DNA from: Ascidiella aspersa
Lineage: Eukaryota
DNA length: 64,000 nucleotides
Assembly (NCBI GenBank): GCA_963924565.1
Contig: OZ004610.1
Coordinates: 8,866,001-8,930,000, forward strand
Direction of reading: 5' to 3'
Part shown: piece by piece, positions 63,431-64,000 of the stretch
Layout: every line of letters starts with the position of its first letter
Numbering within the stretch: the stretch's first letter is position 1
The notes under the pieces: generated by a model
The model's input: the letters and a program-made list of their open reading frames with translations, nothing else
Told to the model about the DNA's origin: nothing
Databases searched by the model: none
Program-made: the position numbers and the translations under genes

Positions 63431-63574
63431 TAAATAGAGAAATCAGGTGGCACTGTATAAAGACAAATTGTATTTGATTCTCGACAAGCTTTCGCACAAC
63501 CGTGCTTCATCAGGTCAAAGTAGCATACTTTGTTCAATTTGTCTTTATACAGTGCCACCTGATTTCTCTATTTA
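63431..63574. repeat. Perfect 40-bp inverted repeat with 64-bp spacer (young MITE or hairpin)
   Basis: taaatagagaaatcaggtggcactgtataaagacaaattg (63431-63470) / caatttgtctttatacagtgccacctgatttctctattta (63535-63574). Confidence 0.9.
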
Positions 63575-64000
63575 TATTATTCTGTTGAAGCAAACACTTA
63601 AAAACACGTACAAAAAAGTTCGAAGTTTGTCAGTGCAAGTATACCCTGTTACCTGCCAGCTATATTTAATTTTTAGTTCCCCTTTTTGCTTGTTTGTCAA
63701 ATAACCTTCACGCCCAACTGCTGGCGTTACGCGCCAACTATACACAGTACACACGCAAGTCGATACGAAGAAAGATCCCATTACGTCACTCCTTTATTTG
63801 CTATGAATACTGTCGCGATTTCGAAGTAAAGTATGCATTTGCGGTACCGCAATTAAGCAAACATTTGCCACTGATTTAGATTTATTTGAGCTACACTCGA
63901 TCGCAACAGAAAGTCTCCTGTTTAATCGCGATATATCCTGGTATAAGTTAGACACAAAAGTATTCTATGAACGTAGGTATGCCTATTTTAATTGTAATTT

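Overview
Eukaryotic (metazoan) genomic DNA, AT-rich, with compact spliced housekeeping genes, several nearly intronless genes and many MITEs. The style suggests an invertebrate chordate such as an ascidian, but that is inference only. Left to right: 3' end of an unidentified + strand gene with an intronic tRNA-Asn(GTT); a 12-exon FAM122/PABIR (PP2A-B55 inhibitor) homologue (-); intronless ABCB7 (-); a nest of hAT-type MITEs; a ~31-exon BLTP3/UHRF1BP1-like lipid-transfer gene (+); two-exon EXOC4/Sec8 (-); a single-exon CPYC glutaredoxin (-); SLC25A11 (+); and a 5-exon, 248-aa kinase-less SH2 adaptor gene (-), of which the ORF track shows only the last exon. Best leads: (1) that SH2-only adaptor, whose tail carries ITIM-like and PxxPxR motifs; (2) a probable internal promoter and alternative first exon giving a FAM122 isoform without the PP2A-inhibitory segment; (3) a head-to-head Helitron pair forming a fold-back; (4) MITEs sharing a telomere-like core but with different ends; (5) CpG depletion apparently confined to the 5' parts of genes; (6) possible operons. 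Exon models were read by eye from splice signals and reading-frame phase; no database searches or counts were run. I cannot claim a wholly new biological system from sequence alone.
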